Of a DNA stretch of 64,000 bases, positions 63,019-64,000 are shown piece by piece. The notes under the pieces are model-generated. The model was not told the origin of the DNA. It made no database searches and was given only the letters and a program-made list of their open reading frames with translations. The DNA is from Phoronis australis (taxonomy: Eukaryota > Animalia > Phoronida), in NCBI GenBank assembly GCA_002633005.1, contig NMRA01000051.1:623273-687272 (forward strand), read 5' to 3'. Both the position numbers and the translations under genes were made by a program. Position 1 is the stretch's first letter. Every line of letters starts with the position of its first letter.

Positions 63019-64000
63019 CTGAATAAATAAAATGAAATACACACATGTGGCCAAAACAAACCTTACTCTAAGATACTTGTGAGGATTTACGATATTAGGA
63101 ACCGTATGTGAAATTGTGACCCTTCTATAGTCCCGTTTTTTCCACGATAGATGAGAGCAGTTGGATATGAATGTGACTGAGCCTCAACTTAATATTTTTT
63201 CTCGTATTAACCTTTTCGTAATCGAACATTTCTCACTGTTGTCGTACAATCCATATGAATTCATTCGTATATTTACAACACCGGATTCTCGATCATGACT
63301 CTTTAACTGATCTTCGAAGTCAAGCTCGAACTCAAACTCCAAATGAGCGATCATATTGCTGCAGAAATTTATCAGCAAACTTCAGCACCCATCACCAAAG
63401 ATATGGCAGTAGCACATAAAATTAAGCTCGTTGTCAATTTGACCGATATTGAATATTCCACAAATTCTATCACTCTCGGTTAGCCAATGATAAACTTCGT
63501 AGCCAATTAGTCTCTGACAAATGCTGAAAGGATTAAATGTTCGTCACCCAGTCCGTCTACCCATACATGTAACTCTCCTAAGCCGTGAGTATGCAAAAGC
63601 ATCTTTACAGAATGTGTCCAGTAAAGACGATGCCATCGTCTCTACTTAGCAGAAGAGTCGCTGATTCTCCATAGGGCATCCGTACACCGGAAGCTTTTCG
63701 GTGAATTATGCCGCACACCGATTAAACCATCAAGGTCGAGTTGCTATAAATACCTTTTTGCGCATGAAGATACACGCTATGAGACCGTCAATGTCTTTAA
63801 TTCCTTCTAACTCGAACATATACTCAGGTACTCGATTTTTTCGACGTCATACATGTACCCCTGGCGCGTGCAATGTAGAATGGTCAGTTGCCGATTAGGA
63901 CAACTAAACAAAGGACTACTAGATAAAAAGTTTGATTAGGGGAGTATTTGTTCGAGTTGGAAAGAATATATACATCGACGACATCCCATGGTGTACCTCT

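Noticed and set aside
63019-64000. Searched for the preceding DNase II exon (GQ.F.C motif)
   Set aside because: No convincing exon found; it probably lies beyond the window.

Overview
Eukaryotic (animal, probably marine invertebrate; the species cannot be determined) genomic DNA with spliced genes and repeat-rich introns. Most ORF-track entries are noise. Splicing GT-AG exons by hand gives three minus-strand genes. (1) A VWA + Cache domain (CACHD1 / alpha2delta-like) gene with 15 phase-consistent exons from 25233 down to 1174; the 3' end is unresolved or outside the window. (2) A complete 4-exon, 144-aa globin (50582..40142) that the ORF track almost entirely misses; it has the neuroglobin-type intron set B12.2/E11.0/G7.0, a TATA box and a cluster of RCGTG motifs upstream. 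(3) The last four exons of a DNase II (plancitoxin-like) gene (63018..59312) ending in an acidic tail and HDEF. A 1.6-kb tandem duplication joined by a single N (4500-7730) is most likely two uncollapsed alleles. The rest is transposon debris: CR1/L2-like LINE, Gypsy integrase, DIRS/Ngaro, THAP and HIRAN fragments, tRNA-derived SINE heads, foldback MITEs and CA...TG elements with 5-bp target-site duplications. I see no multi-gene novel system. The best leads are the atypical globin, the HDEF-tailed DNase II and the intact-MIDAS CACHD1-like protein.
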